Program-made: the position numbers and the translations under genes
Notes under the pieces: generated by a model
What the model was told of the DNA's origin: nothing
What the model saw: only the letters and a program-made list of their open reading frames with translations
The model's database searches: none
Shown here: positions 1 through 11,125 of the stretch, one piece after another
How the letters are laid out: each line of letters starts with the position of its first letter
Position numbering within the stretch: the first letter of the stretch is position 1
Assembly: GCA_032718475.1 (NCBI GenBank)
Contig: JAUCBJ010005343.1
Location: 1 to 35,402 of the forward strand
Length of the DNA stretch: 35,402 bases
From: Nemertoderma westbladi
Lineage: Eukaryota; Animalia; Xenacoelomorpha
Direction of reading: 5' to 3'

Positions 1-10
1 TTCCCAATTG

Positions 11-282
11 CAGATGGGGGGGGGGGGGGGGGGGGAACTTGACGCAATAAAAATTCATCCCTCTCCAGGGGAAATTCGACGCAAATAACAGCTCTGATTA
101 TTCTTCTCAAAAATAAAATTGTAACCTGTTCTAATGTGTTTAGTTTATTGTTTTGGTTAAAATAACGTGCCACTGTAACCTGCTCCTTTCCCTAAATTGA
201 GAATTTAACATTGAGGCGGGATATTATTTCGCCAAGGCGGGATTTGCGTCGAGTCCCCCCCCCCCCCCCCCCCCTCCGTCTC
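11..282. mobile_element. MITE with poly-G/poly-C TIRs and 8-bp TSD CCCAATTG
   Basis: Left end CAGATG(G)n-AACTTGACGCAA pairs with right end TTGCGTCGAGT(C)n-TCCGTCTC. CCCAATTG is directly repeated at 3-10 and 283-290. The internal sequence recurs, diverged, at ~880-1075 (-), ~18325-18500 (-) and partly at ~17090-17170 (+). Confidence 0.7.
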
Positions 283-599
283 CCCAATTGTGTGTGTAAA
301 TTATATAAACTACAGTTTGCGTTAAAATATTTATTCAAACATTTTTTAAAATTACAATAGTTTTAGATAATCTCTCAAATAATCAGTTTTTCTTTCAACA
401 GTTTTATTGCACATATCTGCACTGCATTACATGCTGTTATGGATTCATCAAATCCAGCGAAAAAAATGAAAAATAACTGCTTTATTTTCACTTGGATCTG
501 CATCTGAAATATATGTTGTTGAAGATGTGGAACTGAGTTGTTAAACTGAAGGTATTAATTCTAATCTGAACATCCATTACAACGAACATGATGAATATA

Positions 600-1491
600 C
601 AGGCCTCCCAGAGTTTCCTTTTTTTCCTTTATATTTAGAACGTTTCCTTTTTTTGTCCATTTTCACACATTTTTTTCCTCTTTTTTTGGTTTAGAAGATC
701 AACTTCAGCTTGCTGTTGATATTGACAAGGTTATAACAGAGATTGACGGGCATAATAATGCCGTTTTTTATTTTGAGTATGTTTATTTTGACAAAAATCA
801 CAAGCTAAGCTACCATAAAAATGTAGCAGTTGAGGGAACTGTAAATTTATTTATTTTCTGAGGGGGGGATATATTATGATTGACACAAAACCCGCCTTGG
901 TGAATTAATATTGTTGTTTTTTAATTTAGGGAAAGGAACAAGTTGCAGTGGTAGTCTATTCTAACCAAAACAATAAAGTAAAGCCTATAACAAGGGTTAT
1001 AGTTTCATTTTTGCTCATAATCACCTATTATTTGCATCCGTTTTCCCCTGGAGATGGATGAATTTTGATTGAGTCTAAAAGTATTTTTGTTATTTATATA
1101 AATGTAGCCACGACCAGAAATCCGTACCAAAGTTTTTGGGCCTTATATTTCTTTCAAACTAAAGTTCTATTTACAAGCGTTTGATAAACCTCTATCAATG
1201 GCCATCAATAGGCCGAATTCAACCATCTCTGATAACTAGGCAAAAAGGTGAAAATTAGAAACATACAGTGACGTTTCTTAATAGGCCTATATATATAAGG
1301 TTAATGAAATATAATGTTTACTATCCTTTTTTAAAGATAATATCAATTCAGTTTTTCCCTTTTTTTGAACCGTATCCGATCCTTTTTGTCCTTTTTCTGA
1401 ACTGCATCCTATCCTTTTTTTCCTTTTTTTTTGAAAATATAAATTCCTTTTTTCCTTTTTTTTCATCGATTTTTTTTGGCTGGGAGGGTTG
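600..1491. mobile_element. Non-autonomous TIR DNA transposon with 6-bp TSD AATATA
   Basis: Left end is CAGGCCTCCCAG; right end is CTGGGAGGGTTG (reverse complement CAACCCTCCCAG). AATATA lies at 594-599 and 1492-1497. TTTCCTTTTTT-like subterminal motifs are clustered at both ends. Confidence 0.65.
880..1075 (-). repeat. Diverged inverted copy of the internal region of the 11-282 MITE
   Basis: The reverse complement reads AAAATTCATCCATCTCCAGGGGAAA...TTTATTGTTTTGGTTAGAATA...CCTTTCCCTAAATT...CCAAGGCGGG, colinear with 50-241. Confidence 0.8.
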
Positions 1492-1499
1492 AATATAAC

Positions 1500-1690
1500 G
1501 CAATGTGCAAAATTTACGACCAAACCAGTAACTTCCCGTACCCGAAGTCAAAATGTGGGAGTGTCCAACTCCGTCACCAGTGCTGTAGTGGCTCTCACTG
1601 TACAACGGTCTGAGCTACTCAAGGATTTTTGATGCTGCCATCCGTCGCTCTTGCATATTGTGTGTTATTCAAACCGGACAAGTCAAATTA
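1500..1690 (+). pseudogene. Decayed hAT-type transposase N-terminal fragment (TTF-type zinc-finger-like)
   Basis: The frameshifted reading SNFPYPKSKCGSVQLRHQ / WLSLYNGLSYSRIFDAAIRRSCILC (W codon at 1589) resembles the FP..G..R.FQ..WL..Y.WL.YS...D.A.C..C pattern of ZnF_TTF hAT proteins. Recognised by eye only. Confidence 0.45.
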
Positions 1691-3344
1691 TGGAGCATAT
1701 TTTTTGAATTTTGCTCGCCCCTGATTTATTCCCCCCCCCCCCCCCCCCCACCCACCCCCCAATACGGTATTTGATTATCTATTGTATTTGACTGAGATAC
1801 TATACCGGGAGGGTGTGACAACAAAGTATAACAAGCAAATTACTGACTAATTAATTCTGTAAGGACTCAAGTTCAGTGTTTGTGTTTCCCTTTAGGGGAA
1901 ACGTATTTTGACTTGTCTTTATGTATAATTATATAAATACAGTATTTCTACCGCAATCAATTTATGACAACTCTCAATCGTGATGTAATTAATACTGTAA
2001 TAAGAGCTTTTCTTATATTAATGGTCTGGTATATCGCCATATATTAATTATTTAGTAAATCAGAGGTAAGACAACACACGAATCTAATACAATTGTCCAG
2101 ATTATCACTGTTACTTAATTGTAGAGACCCATCTTGTTATGGCGCGTGTAAAACCTTCTTGATTTCGTAATATCGGCGATATATTAAACAAATAAGAGAG
2201 CAAATTGAGTTTAACGACAGAATATCAATTAATAATAATGTTAATGACAAAGATACAAAACATTAAGACACATAAATAAAGGTATATACAATTATTTTAC
2301 TAAGATATGTAATAAACACCAAAATTGTCAGTAATTTGACCAGTGTTTAAGGGCCTGCATGGGAAGGAATTCTTCTGCAGGGCTCAAAGTAACAAGTGGC
2401 TGAAAAGGCCAACCAACGAACATTATATACTAGGTTCACTAAATATAATAATTTGGACCAATAAGACATCACGTATTCCATTGAGGCTTAACAGGTTGAG
2501 TAAATCAGTTCGAATATGGGTATAATAGCACTAGATGGCGTAAGAACCCTTACTAGAGAATAATTCGATAGAAATAATTAATATGACTCCGTAACTGGTC
2601 CTTTATCAATAAAAATATAGTTTTGGACTAAAATTAGTAAAATAAGTAATCTAAAAGGCTAAGTTCACACGTGCAGTAACATCCGCCCCTGATTTGGTAC
2701 AGTATGTAGGCTACTAGAGATCAAAGGCCGCGTCTGTGTGATTACGCCAGTATGCTGAACCATCTGCAATTATCTACCTGGAGCTGGAGGCTGGAGCTCC
2801 GATCGTTCATCGTGAGTTGGGAAAACTGCTAGCAGTTTGGCATTTGGCGACGTGTAGCAGTGTAGCCACACCACGAAATGGCAGAGTGGTTCGATGGGGG
2901 GTCGTGGCGCATACAGTTCGTTCTCTCACTGTCAGTCTGTCATTATAAACGTACAGAATTGAAGCTTATTGGGGCCAGTTGCTAGTGTTTCCACTTTCCA
3001 CACATGTAATAACATATTATAATTTATAATTATACTTCAACTTTAATCATGCATTCGAAATTGTAGTTCTCACCCTTACAACCAAAGTGAGACATAACGG
3101 CAATGGACCTTCCCGATCAACGGATTAACCTCCATATCTTTACTATGCATTCTTAGTCAAATACAGTATCTTCATACCGGTAATTATTTATTTATAACAA
3201 TATTTTTTCATTTAGGCCTACTACTTATTGATTATTTATTTGTGTCCATGCAAATTTAGAAAATGTTTCATAATAAATAAAAAAAAATTAAAAAAAAATT
3301 CAGTGAGTATATAGACAGATATATATTATCTGTATAATATTCTG

Positions 3345-3960
3345 ATACTGCAGTTAGGCCTATTGTGTGTGAGTTGAGTAGTGAGTAGGCCTATTACTGC
3401 TGAACTGTCACGACTGTAGTGTGGTAGTAGGCATAGTACATACAGTCAGGCAGTAGTATCTGAGTATAGGCTTAGTACAGTACTGCAGTCAGGCAGTAGT
3501 ACTGCATACTGTAGTAGTCCAGCAGTCAGTATAGTACAGTAGTAGTCCTTGGCACACAGGCAGACAAGCATACTTAGACAGTTAGAGTCTGGCACAGTCT
3601 GACAGTTGTAATGCAGCTGTATTCCTGCATTATAACTACCGGTAACTGAACTGACTAAGCAGTGACAGCAGGTCAGCTAACAACTGTTTGGCCCTAGCTC
3701 AGTCCCTCAGTCCACAGTCAGTCAGTAGCTGCCTAGTTGCTAGTGGCTACTGTCTTATGGCTAGCTCTGAGCTGGCTAGTGCTAATACAGTACCGGTAGT
3801 AGGCCTATAGCTGTCTGCCTCTGCATGTATGATGTACCTGAAAGTGCACTGCCTGACTGCACTCTGTGCAGCTGTGCACTCTGTCTGACTCTAACTATAT
3901 CAGGCACCAGGCAGCATGCAGCCAGGTAGACGGCCTGACTGTCGGACGGCACCGGCAATG
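3345..3960. other. Cryptically simple tract saturated with CAGT/ACTG/TAG/GGC micro-motifs
   Basis: Dense TACAGTA, TACTGTA, TAGGCCTA, TACCGGTA and CAGTCAG motifs with no fixed period and no credible ORF. Confidence 0.6.
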
Positions 3961-4509
3961 GCAGAACAGGCTGAACAGCAGAGTTGTTTTAGAGTAAGAA
4001 ACTCACTTCGTGCAGTCGTGTGCGTGAACATTCAATTTTCCAAGTTTCACCAATCCTCTGGCAGTCTGGAACAATTAGTGCGACAGTCTAGTACGGTACC
4101 GTACAATAGGTATTTTTAAGCGTACTTTAAAAAATTATTTGTATGATCTTGATCAGTAGGGTTCCCTATCCCGTACGGGATATACCCTTATAAGGTAGGC
4201 CTAATATATCCCGATAGGCAGATAGGGATATGTCAATGTACAAATGTACATAACTGTCATTTACTACTGTATATTCTAGGCCTACTCTACTATGTAAAAC
4301 TGCAGTATATTTGGAAAACTAGAATGTCAATAAATATTATTAGAACTGTAGAATGTGAAGTGAAGTCTGCACTGCTGCTAACCAACTAAATCCACCTAAA
4401 AAAACGTGAAGAAAATGAAACCAGGATGACAATGGTAATGCATTCTGGCATTCGCTGATTCGCGCACGACACTGAATAATCTGTTGTGCTGGTAATTGAA
4501 CATGTTGAG

Positions 4510-4839
4510 AAGAATTCGTGCAGCACGTTTGATAGGCCTACTGAATCAATCCATTGAAACGTTTTAAAGAGACCTTCGCGCAGTATGTGAGATACTGAAA
4601 CAATCAGTTGAAAAGTTTAAGAGACCTTCATGCAGCACGTACGTGGGGTACCTGGGTAGGCCTACCGTAACAATCTGTCGAAATGTTTAAGATGCCATTG
4701 TGCAGCACATCTTGGATAGCCTACTGAAACAATCTATTGAAACGTTTAAGATACCTTCATGCAGTCATGCAGCATGTGGGGTACTCTGTAACAATCTATT
4801 GAAACATTTAAGATACCTTTGTGCAGTATACAGGTATAT
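4510..4839 (+). repeat. 52-bp tandem array, left part (internal to element A)
   Basis: Degenerate copies of GATACTGAAACAATCTATTGAAACGTTTAAGAGACCTTCATGCAGCACGTTG, interrupted at 4840 by element B. Confidence 0.9.
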
Positions 4840-6226
4840 CAGTAGGGAACATACCCTTAAATAAGCTCCAAAAGTGGGTTCTTATTTAAGGAAAATGGCT
4901 CTTATTTAGGGGTTTTTGGGCCTTTTTTGGATATTTTTTCGATATAATATGCAATAACTTGTTTTCAGGAAAAAATACCGCATAATTTTATTTCACAATG
5001 TAAAAGTTGGGTCTTTCTTGAACATAAAGCAAAAAACCAGAAAACATTTCACCGTCTGGTTTTTTTTCTACAAGCGTTTTAAAATTACATCAAAAATACG
5101 ACTAGTTCTTAAATAAGGGGGATTTTTTAAATTTACCTTATTTAAGATATCGAAATCGAAAATAAATACCAAAAGTCCCTAAATAAGAACTTTTTGACCT
5201 GGGTTTCTTATTTAGGAATACAATTGTATTCCAAAATCTGCACATTCCTTAAATAAAATAAATATTCCTTATTCCTTACAGTATATGTTACACTTCTTTC
5301 ATAATTCTTTGATTTATGTCAGTCTGAATATTGCTAATTGTTGGGTTAAGGATAAGGACAATGGTTGCACTGCACTCTATAAATCCTCTATAGAATATCC
5401 TATCATAACTAAACTACATAAGGTTTATATAAGGTTTATATAATATTTACATAAGGATTGCTGGCACTGGCATTCTTACCTCACACGGTAGCATAGAATA
5501 GCCCATTGATATTCAAAAGAATAGCCCATCGCCCATCTGAGCGCACATCATTCTGTCATTGTCACGTATTTCGATGAGACATGAGACATGACTCAAGTAA
5601 CTGGACATCGCCGCACAGTTTCGAAAAACTAACCTGTGTCCTGCATTTCCTCTTCTGCTCCGCGTTACGCCCCACTTAGATGGATTGTCCACAATGTTGT
5701 ACTTGAAAGGTGTGAAAAAAAAACCAATGTCAATATCATGTCTCATGTCAATAGGCACAAAGATGGTTCCGTCCGGCAGCTGATAGCAGGATAGACGTTA
5801 GAAGGTTAAAGATGATGACTGGGTGACGTTTTTGGCCTAACTGACACAGGCAGCAGTGGGACACGTTCGTGGGACCTTTACGCAGCATGAAGTGAGCAAA
5901 GCCTTAGCTAGCCCTAGCTGATAGGGGTCCCACCCCATTAACATGTTGTCTTTCGTTAGTCAGAGGTCGTTCAACACAATACTCGTCTCCTTAATTTGCC
6001 TCATTGCGTTAGTTTGTTTTTTACCAAACTTCAGATTATTTCTAATCTTTTGACAGACTACATACCGGTACATACCAAGTTTCGTTTAATTTCATCAAGG
6101 AATGACCGAGTTATTAGCGAAAAAAATTTACAACGACGACAGACAACTCGTTAATAGCACCCATATGCTAAGGTTTCACTCACTTGAACGTGGCTCTCCC
6201 CCACATTCAATCCGGTTCGATGCAGT

Positions 6227-6340
6227 TTGTTGCTCGTTGTTGCTCATTGCTGCTCATTGTGCTTTATTATTTCTCATTGTTGCTCGTTGTTGGTCATTGT
6301 TGCTTGTTGGTGCTCATTGTTGTCCGTTAGTTGTACTTTA
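6227..6340 (+). repeat. TTG-rich composite simple repeat, left part
   Basis: GTTGCTCGTT / GTTGCTCATT units, continued after the LINE at 7529. Confidence 0.85.
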
Positions 6341-6396
6341 GACGGTACGGTTGTCCGTACCGTAGTTGACGTTGACGGTACCGTACCGTAGTTGTA

Positions 6397-7530
6397 CGGA
6401 GACTGATTGAAGGAATCAAGTCAAAGAATCTCCCCGCAGTCATGACTTTTGTGGACTTCAAGAAGGCATTTGACTCCATCCATAGAGGTAAAATGCTTGA
6501 AATCCTAAGAGCTTATGGAATACCAGAAGTAATTGTTGCTGGCATTGGATTGCTATATTGTGACACAGAAGCGCAGGTACTCTCACCAGATGGTGAAACT
6601 GAGTTTTTCTCAATCCTGGCTGGCGTACTGCAAGGTGACACATTAGCACCATTACTATTTGTAATTGTGCTGGATTACACAATGAGGACGGCCACAAAGG
6701 GTGAAGATCTGGGATTCACACTTCAAGAACGCAGAAGTAGTAGATATCCGGCAACTACAGTCACAGACACCGACTTTGCGGATGACATCGCCCTGCTCTC
6801 TAATACGCTAGCAGATGCACAGCTTCTACTAAATAAAGTGGAGAGGGCTGCTAAGGAGGTTGGATTGCATATAAATGCTACCAAGACCGAATTCATGACC
6901 TTTAATGTTGATGGAAACTTGACAACCATTGATAATAATCAACTAAGGCAGGTCGATGACTTCCAGTACCTTGGATCATGGGTAGAGAGTAGCAAAAAGG
7001 ACATAGAAGTTAGGAAAGCAAAGGCTTGGGTAGCTCTATCAAAAATGGATACCATCTGGAAATCAGATCTCTCCAGGCACCTGAAGACCAAGTTCTTTCG
7101 AGCCACAGTGGAAAGTGTATTTTTATACGGGGGTGAGACCTGGACACTGACTAAATCACTTGAACAACGAATTGATGGTTGCTACACAAGACTACTAACG
7201 GCAGCCCTAAACATCAGCTGGAGACAACACATGACAAACGCCGAGCTTTATGGTACAATACCACCTGTATCAACCACCCTCCGTGAACGCAGATTAAGAT
7301 TCAGTGGGCACTGCTGGTAGTAAAGACGAGGTCATACCAGATCTACTTCTCTGGCAACCAACTCATGGAAAGCGTAGTCGTGGACGACCGGCCATAACAT
7401 ATATAGATCAACTTGAAAGGGATACTGAACTTGGGAGAAACGAAATTGCGACAACTATGGAGAATCGGGAAGCCTGGAAGGATCTCATTTCCACTGTCTG
7501 AGTTCGCTCGACCTAGTAGTAGTAGTAGTA
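6397..7530 (+). mobile_element. 5'-truncated RTE-clade non-LTR retrotransposon (RT pseudogene) with (TAG)n tail and 13-bp TSD
   Basis: RT motifs FVDFKKAFDS, GVLQGDTLAP, DFADD and FQYLGS lie in ORF 6442-7320. The C-terminus continues after a frameshift (HCW / SKDEVIPDLLLWQPTHGKRSRGRP). Tail is (TAG)n at ~7514-7531. TAGTTGTACTTTA lies at 6328-6340 and 7529-7541. Confidence 0.93.
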
Positions 7531-8358
7531 GTTGTACTTTATTATTGCTCGTTGTACTCTATTATTGCTCGTTGTTGCTCATTGTTGCTCGTTGTTGTAC
7601 TTTATTATTGCTCGTTCAATCGTTGTTCCTCATTGTTGCTCGTTGTTTCTCGTTGTTGTACTTTATTATTGCTCATTGTTGCTCATTGTTACTCGTTGTT
7701 CCTCATGTCCTAATTATTGGTCGTTGTTTCTCGTTGTTGCTCGTTGTTGTACTTTATTATTGCTCGTTCAGTCGTTGTTCCTCATTGTTGCTCGTTGTTG
7801 TACTTTATTATTGCTCATTGTTGCTCTTTATTACTCTTGTTACTCGTTGTTGCTCATTGTTGCTCGTTGTTGTACTTTATTATTGCTCGTTCAGTTGTTG
7901 TTCCTCATTGTTGCTCGTTGTTTCTCATTGTTGCTCGTTGTTGTACTTTATTATTGCTCAATGTTACTCGTTGTTGCTCATTGTTGCTTGTTCAGTCGTT
8001 GTTCCTCATTATTGCTCATTGTTGTTCGTTGTTTCTCGCTGTTGCTCATTGTTGCTCGTTGTTGTACTTTATTATTGCTCATTTTTGCTCGTTGTTGCTC
8101 ATTGTTTCTCATTGTTGCTCAATGTTACTCGTAGTATTCGTAGTTCTGTAGTTGCTCATTGTTACTCATTGTTGCTCGTTCAGTCGTTGTTCCTCATTAT
8201 TGCTCGTTGTTGTACTTTAGTATTGCTCATTGTTGCTCAATGTTACTCGTTGTTGCTCATTGTTGCTCGTTGTTACTCGTTGTTGCTCGTTGTTTTGTTA
8301 CTCATTGTTCATTTGTTGCTCGTTGTTGCTTATTGTTGGTCATTGTTGCTCGTTGTGC
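7529..8358 (+). repeat. TTG-rich composite simple repeat, right part
   Basis: Mosaic of TTGTTGCTC(A/G), TTGTACTTTATTATTGCTC and GTTCAGTCGTTGTTCCTCA modules; this explains the spurious L/V/C-rich ORFs. Confidence 0.92.
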
Positions 8359-8987
8359 ATTTTTGCACCTATCAAATTAAGCTCAGAAGCTCCCTTATCT
8401 CGGCATCTTGCAATGTCCTGTAAAGGTTAGGCAGTTAGGTCATAACTGTCATAAGCAGTTAAGGGCAGAAGGAGGACGGGGCTGGGAGACGAGGTTATAA
8501 GAGACATTATATAAGGATATTTAATTTAATTTATTTAATTTAATATATGAGAAATGAGAAATATTTAATTTATTTAAGGAGTATGCAGATTTTGGAATGA
8601 AATTGTATACCTAAATATGAAACCCATGTCAAAAAGTTCTTATTTAAGGACTTTTAGTATTTATGTGTACAAATTCGATGTCTTAAATAAGGTAAATTTA
8701 AAAAATCCCTCTTATTTAGGAACTGGTCGTATTTTTGATGCAATTTTAAAACGCTTGTAGAAAAAAAACCGGACGGTGAAATGTTTTCTGGTTTTTTGCA
8801 TTATGTTCAAGAAAGACCCAACTTTTATATTGTGAAATAAAATTATGCGGTATTTTTACCTGAAACAAGTTCTTGCATATTATGTCGAAAAAATATCCAA
8901 AAAAGGCCCAAAAACCCCTAAATAAGAGCCATTTTCCTTAAATAAGAACCCAGTTTTGGAGCTTATTTAAGGGTATGTTCCCTACTG

Positions 8988-10600
8988 TATATGGGATACT
9001 GAAACAATTCGTTGAAATGTGTACAGTGTAAGACAGTCTGACAGTAAGAGAGAACAATCTGGTGAAACGTTTAAGTGACCTTCATGCAGCACATTGGATT
9101 TGGATACTGAAACAATCTATTGAAACGTTTAAGAGACCTTCATGCACTTGCAGCATGCAGCACGTTGGATACTGAAACAATCTATTGATGAAACGTTTAA
9201 GAGACCTTCATGCAGCATGTTGGAACTGAAACAATCTGTTAAAACGTTAAGAGACCTTTGCGCAGTATGTGAGATACTGAAACAATCCGTTGAAGTGTCC
9301 AAGAGTCAACAATCTGTCAGTCTGTTGAAACGTTTAAGAGACAGACCTTCATGCAGTACGTTGGTTACTGAACAAATATATTGAAACGTTTAAGAGACCT
9401 TCGCGCAGTATGTGAGATACTGAATCAATCCGTTGAAACATTTAGAGACCTTCGTGCAGCATGTGGGGGTGGGCGGTGGGGTACTCTGTAACAATCTATT
9501 GAAACATTTAAGATACCTTCGCCCAGTATGCACTATATGGGATACTGAAACAATTCGTTGAAATGTGTAAGAGAGAACAGAACAATCTGGTGAAACGTTT
9601 AAGAGACCTTCATGCAGCACATTGGATTTGGATACTGAAACAATCTATTGAAACGTTTAAGAGACCTTCATGCAGTTGCAGCACGTTGGATACTAAAACA
9701 ATCTATTGAAACGTAAGAGACATTAATGCAGCACGTTGGATACTGAAACAATCTATTGAAACGTTTAAGATACCATTGTCCAGCACTTTGGATACTGAAA
9801 CAATCTATTGAAACGTTTAAGATACCTTCATGCAGCACGTTGGATACTGAAACAATCTGTTGAAACGTTTAAGAGACATTTGTGCAGCACATTGGATACT
9901 GAAACAATTTATTGAAACGTTTAAGATTCCTTCATGCAGCACATTGGATACTGAAACAATCTGTTGAAACGTTAAGAGACCTTCGCGCAGTATGTGAGAT
10001 ACTAAAACAATCCTTTGAAATGTCCAAGAGTCAACAATCCGTTGAAACGTTTAAGAGACAGACCTTCATGCAGTACGTTAGATACTGGAAAAATATATTG
10101 AAACGTTTAAGAGACCTTCGCGCAGTATGTGAGATACTTAAACAATCCGTTGAAACATTTAAGAGACCTTTGTGCAGCATGTCTGCATGTGGGGGTGGGG
10201 GTGGGGTACTCTGTAACAATCTATTGAAACATTTAAGATACCTTCGCCCAGTATGCAATAAATGGGATACTGAAACAATTCGTTTAGATGTGTAAGAGAG
10301 AACAATCTGGTGAAACGTTTAAGAGACCTTCATGCAGCACATTGGATTTGGATACTGAAACAATCTATTGAAACGTTTAAGAGACCTTCATGCAGCACGT
10401 TGGATAATGAAACAATCTATTGATGAAACGTTTAAGAGACCTTTGGGCGCAGTATGTGAGATACTGAAACAATCTGTTGAAACGTTTAATGTTTAAGAGA
10501 CCTTCGTGCAGTACGTTTGATACTGAAACAATCTGTTGAAACGTTTAAGAGACCTTCGCGCTGTAGCCTATATGGGATACTGTAACAAACTGTTGAAATT
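8988..10600 (+). repeat. 52-bp tandem array, right part (internal to element A)
   Basis: GATACT recurs at 9791, 9843 and 9895 (period 52). Roughly 30 degenerate units, with a multi-unit block duplicated (~9230-9650 vs ~9950-10390). Confidence 0.93.
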
Positions 10601-11125
10601 TCATAGTAGGGCTACGTAGGCTGGTAGGCAGATGGATACAGTACCGGTACTACACACTAAACTGCAGTATTCTCTGTCTGTCTGATTTGTAGTCTGGTTT
10701 TGGTAGTAGTGACACACACCCTTTACCCAGCTGCCCTCCTAATCCAGTAATGGTACACTTAGACATTATACAAAAAATACAATCATCTCATGTCTCATGA
10801 TTAGCCTACCACAATATATCCCGATTGGAATATTTACAAAATATATGATTTTGACTCTGCAATATCTTTTGAAAGCCCTAACACCACTTTGCGGGGCACA
10901 AACGAATATAACCCATTTTTCTGATCTATCTGCTGGATGGCGCCATTTGGGTCGCTTTTTTATAGTTTAGGTCACTTTTTGGAAAGGTTGAATATATCCC
11001 GATCGGGATAGGGAACCCTACTGTTGATGCTTAATTCAGTAATTGTAACTTCAATAGGCCCCAATTGCTAATATTTACACTTGTATTACTATTAAGTAGT
11101 ATTTTGTTTTAAATTTAGTATTGTA

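Larger units (their letters stand above)
4840..8987. mobile_element. Non-autonomous foldback-like TIR element B (CAGTAGGGAACATACCC termini, ~430-bp TIRs, 5-bp TSD TATAT)
   Basis: 4840-~5270 is the reverse complement of ~8560-8987 with few mismatches. TATAT lies at 4835-4839 and 8988-8992. Removing the element restores a 52-bp unit (...GCAGTATACAGG-TATAT-GGGATACTGAAACAATTCG). The arms contain reiterated CTTATTTA/TAAATAAG motifs. Confidence 0.93.
4154..11023. mobile_element. Non-autonomous TIR element A (CAGTAGGGTTCCCTATCCCG termini, 5-bp TSD TTGAT), host of a nested insertion stack
   Basis: Left end CAGTAGGGTTCCCTATCCCGTACGGGATATA (from 4154) matches right end TATATCCCGATCGGGATAGGGAACCCTACTG (to 11023), ~31 bp with 2 mismatches. 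TTGAT lies at 4149-4153 and 11024-11028. Confidence 0.9.

Noticed and set aside
1268-1605. F-rich and K-rich ORFs
   Set aside because: They derive from the TTTCCTTTTT subterminal repeats of the 600-1491 element.
7413-8430. Long L/V/C-rich ORFs (336, 200 and 144 aa)
   Set aside because: They are translations of the stop-poor TTG-rich simple repeat and are open in several frames at once.
9142-10295. Repetitive ORFs in the 52-bp array
   Set aside because: The period is not a multiple of 3, indels are frequent, and there are no gene signals.
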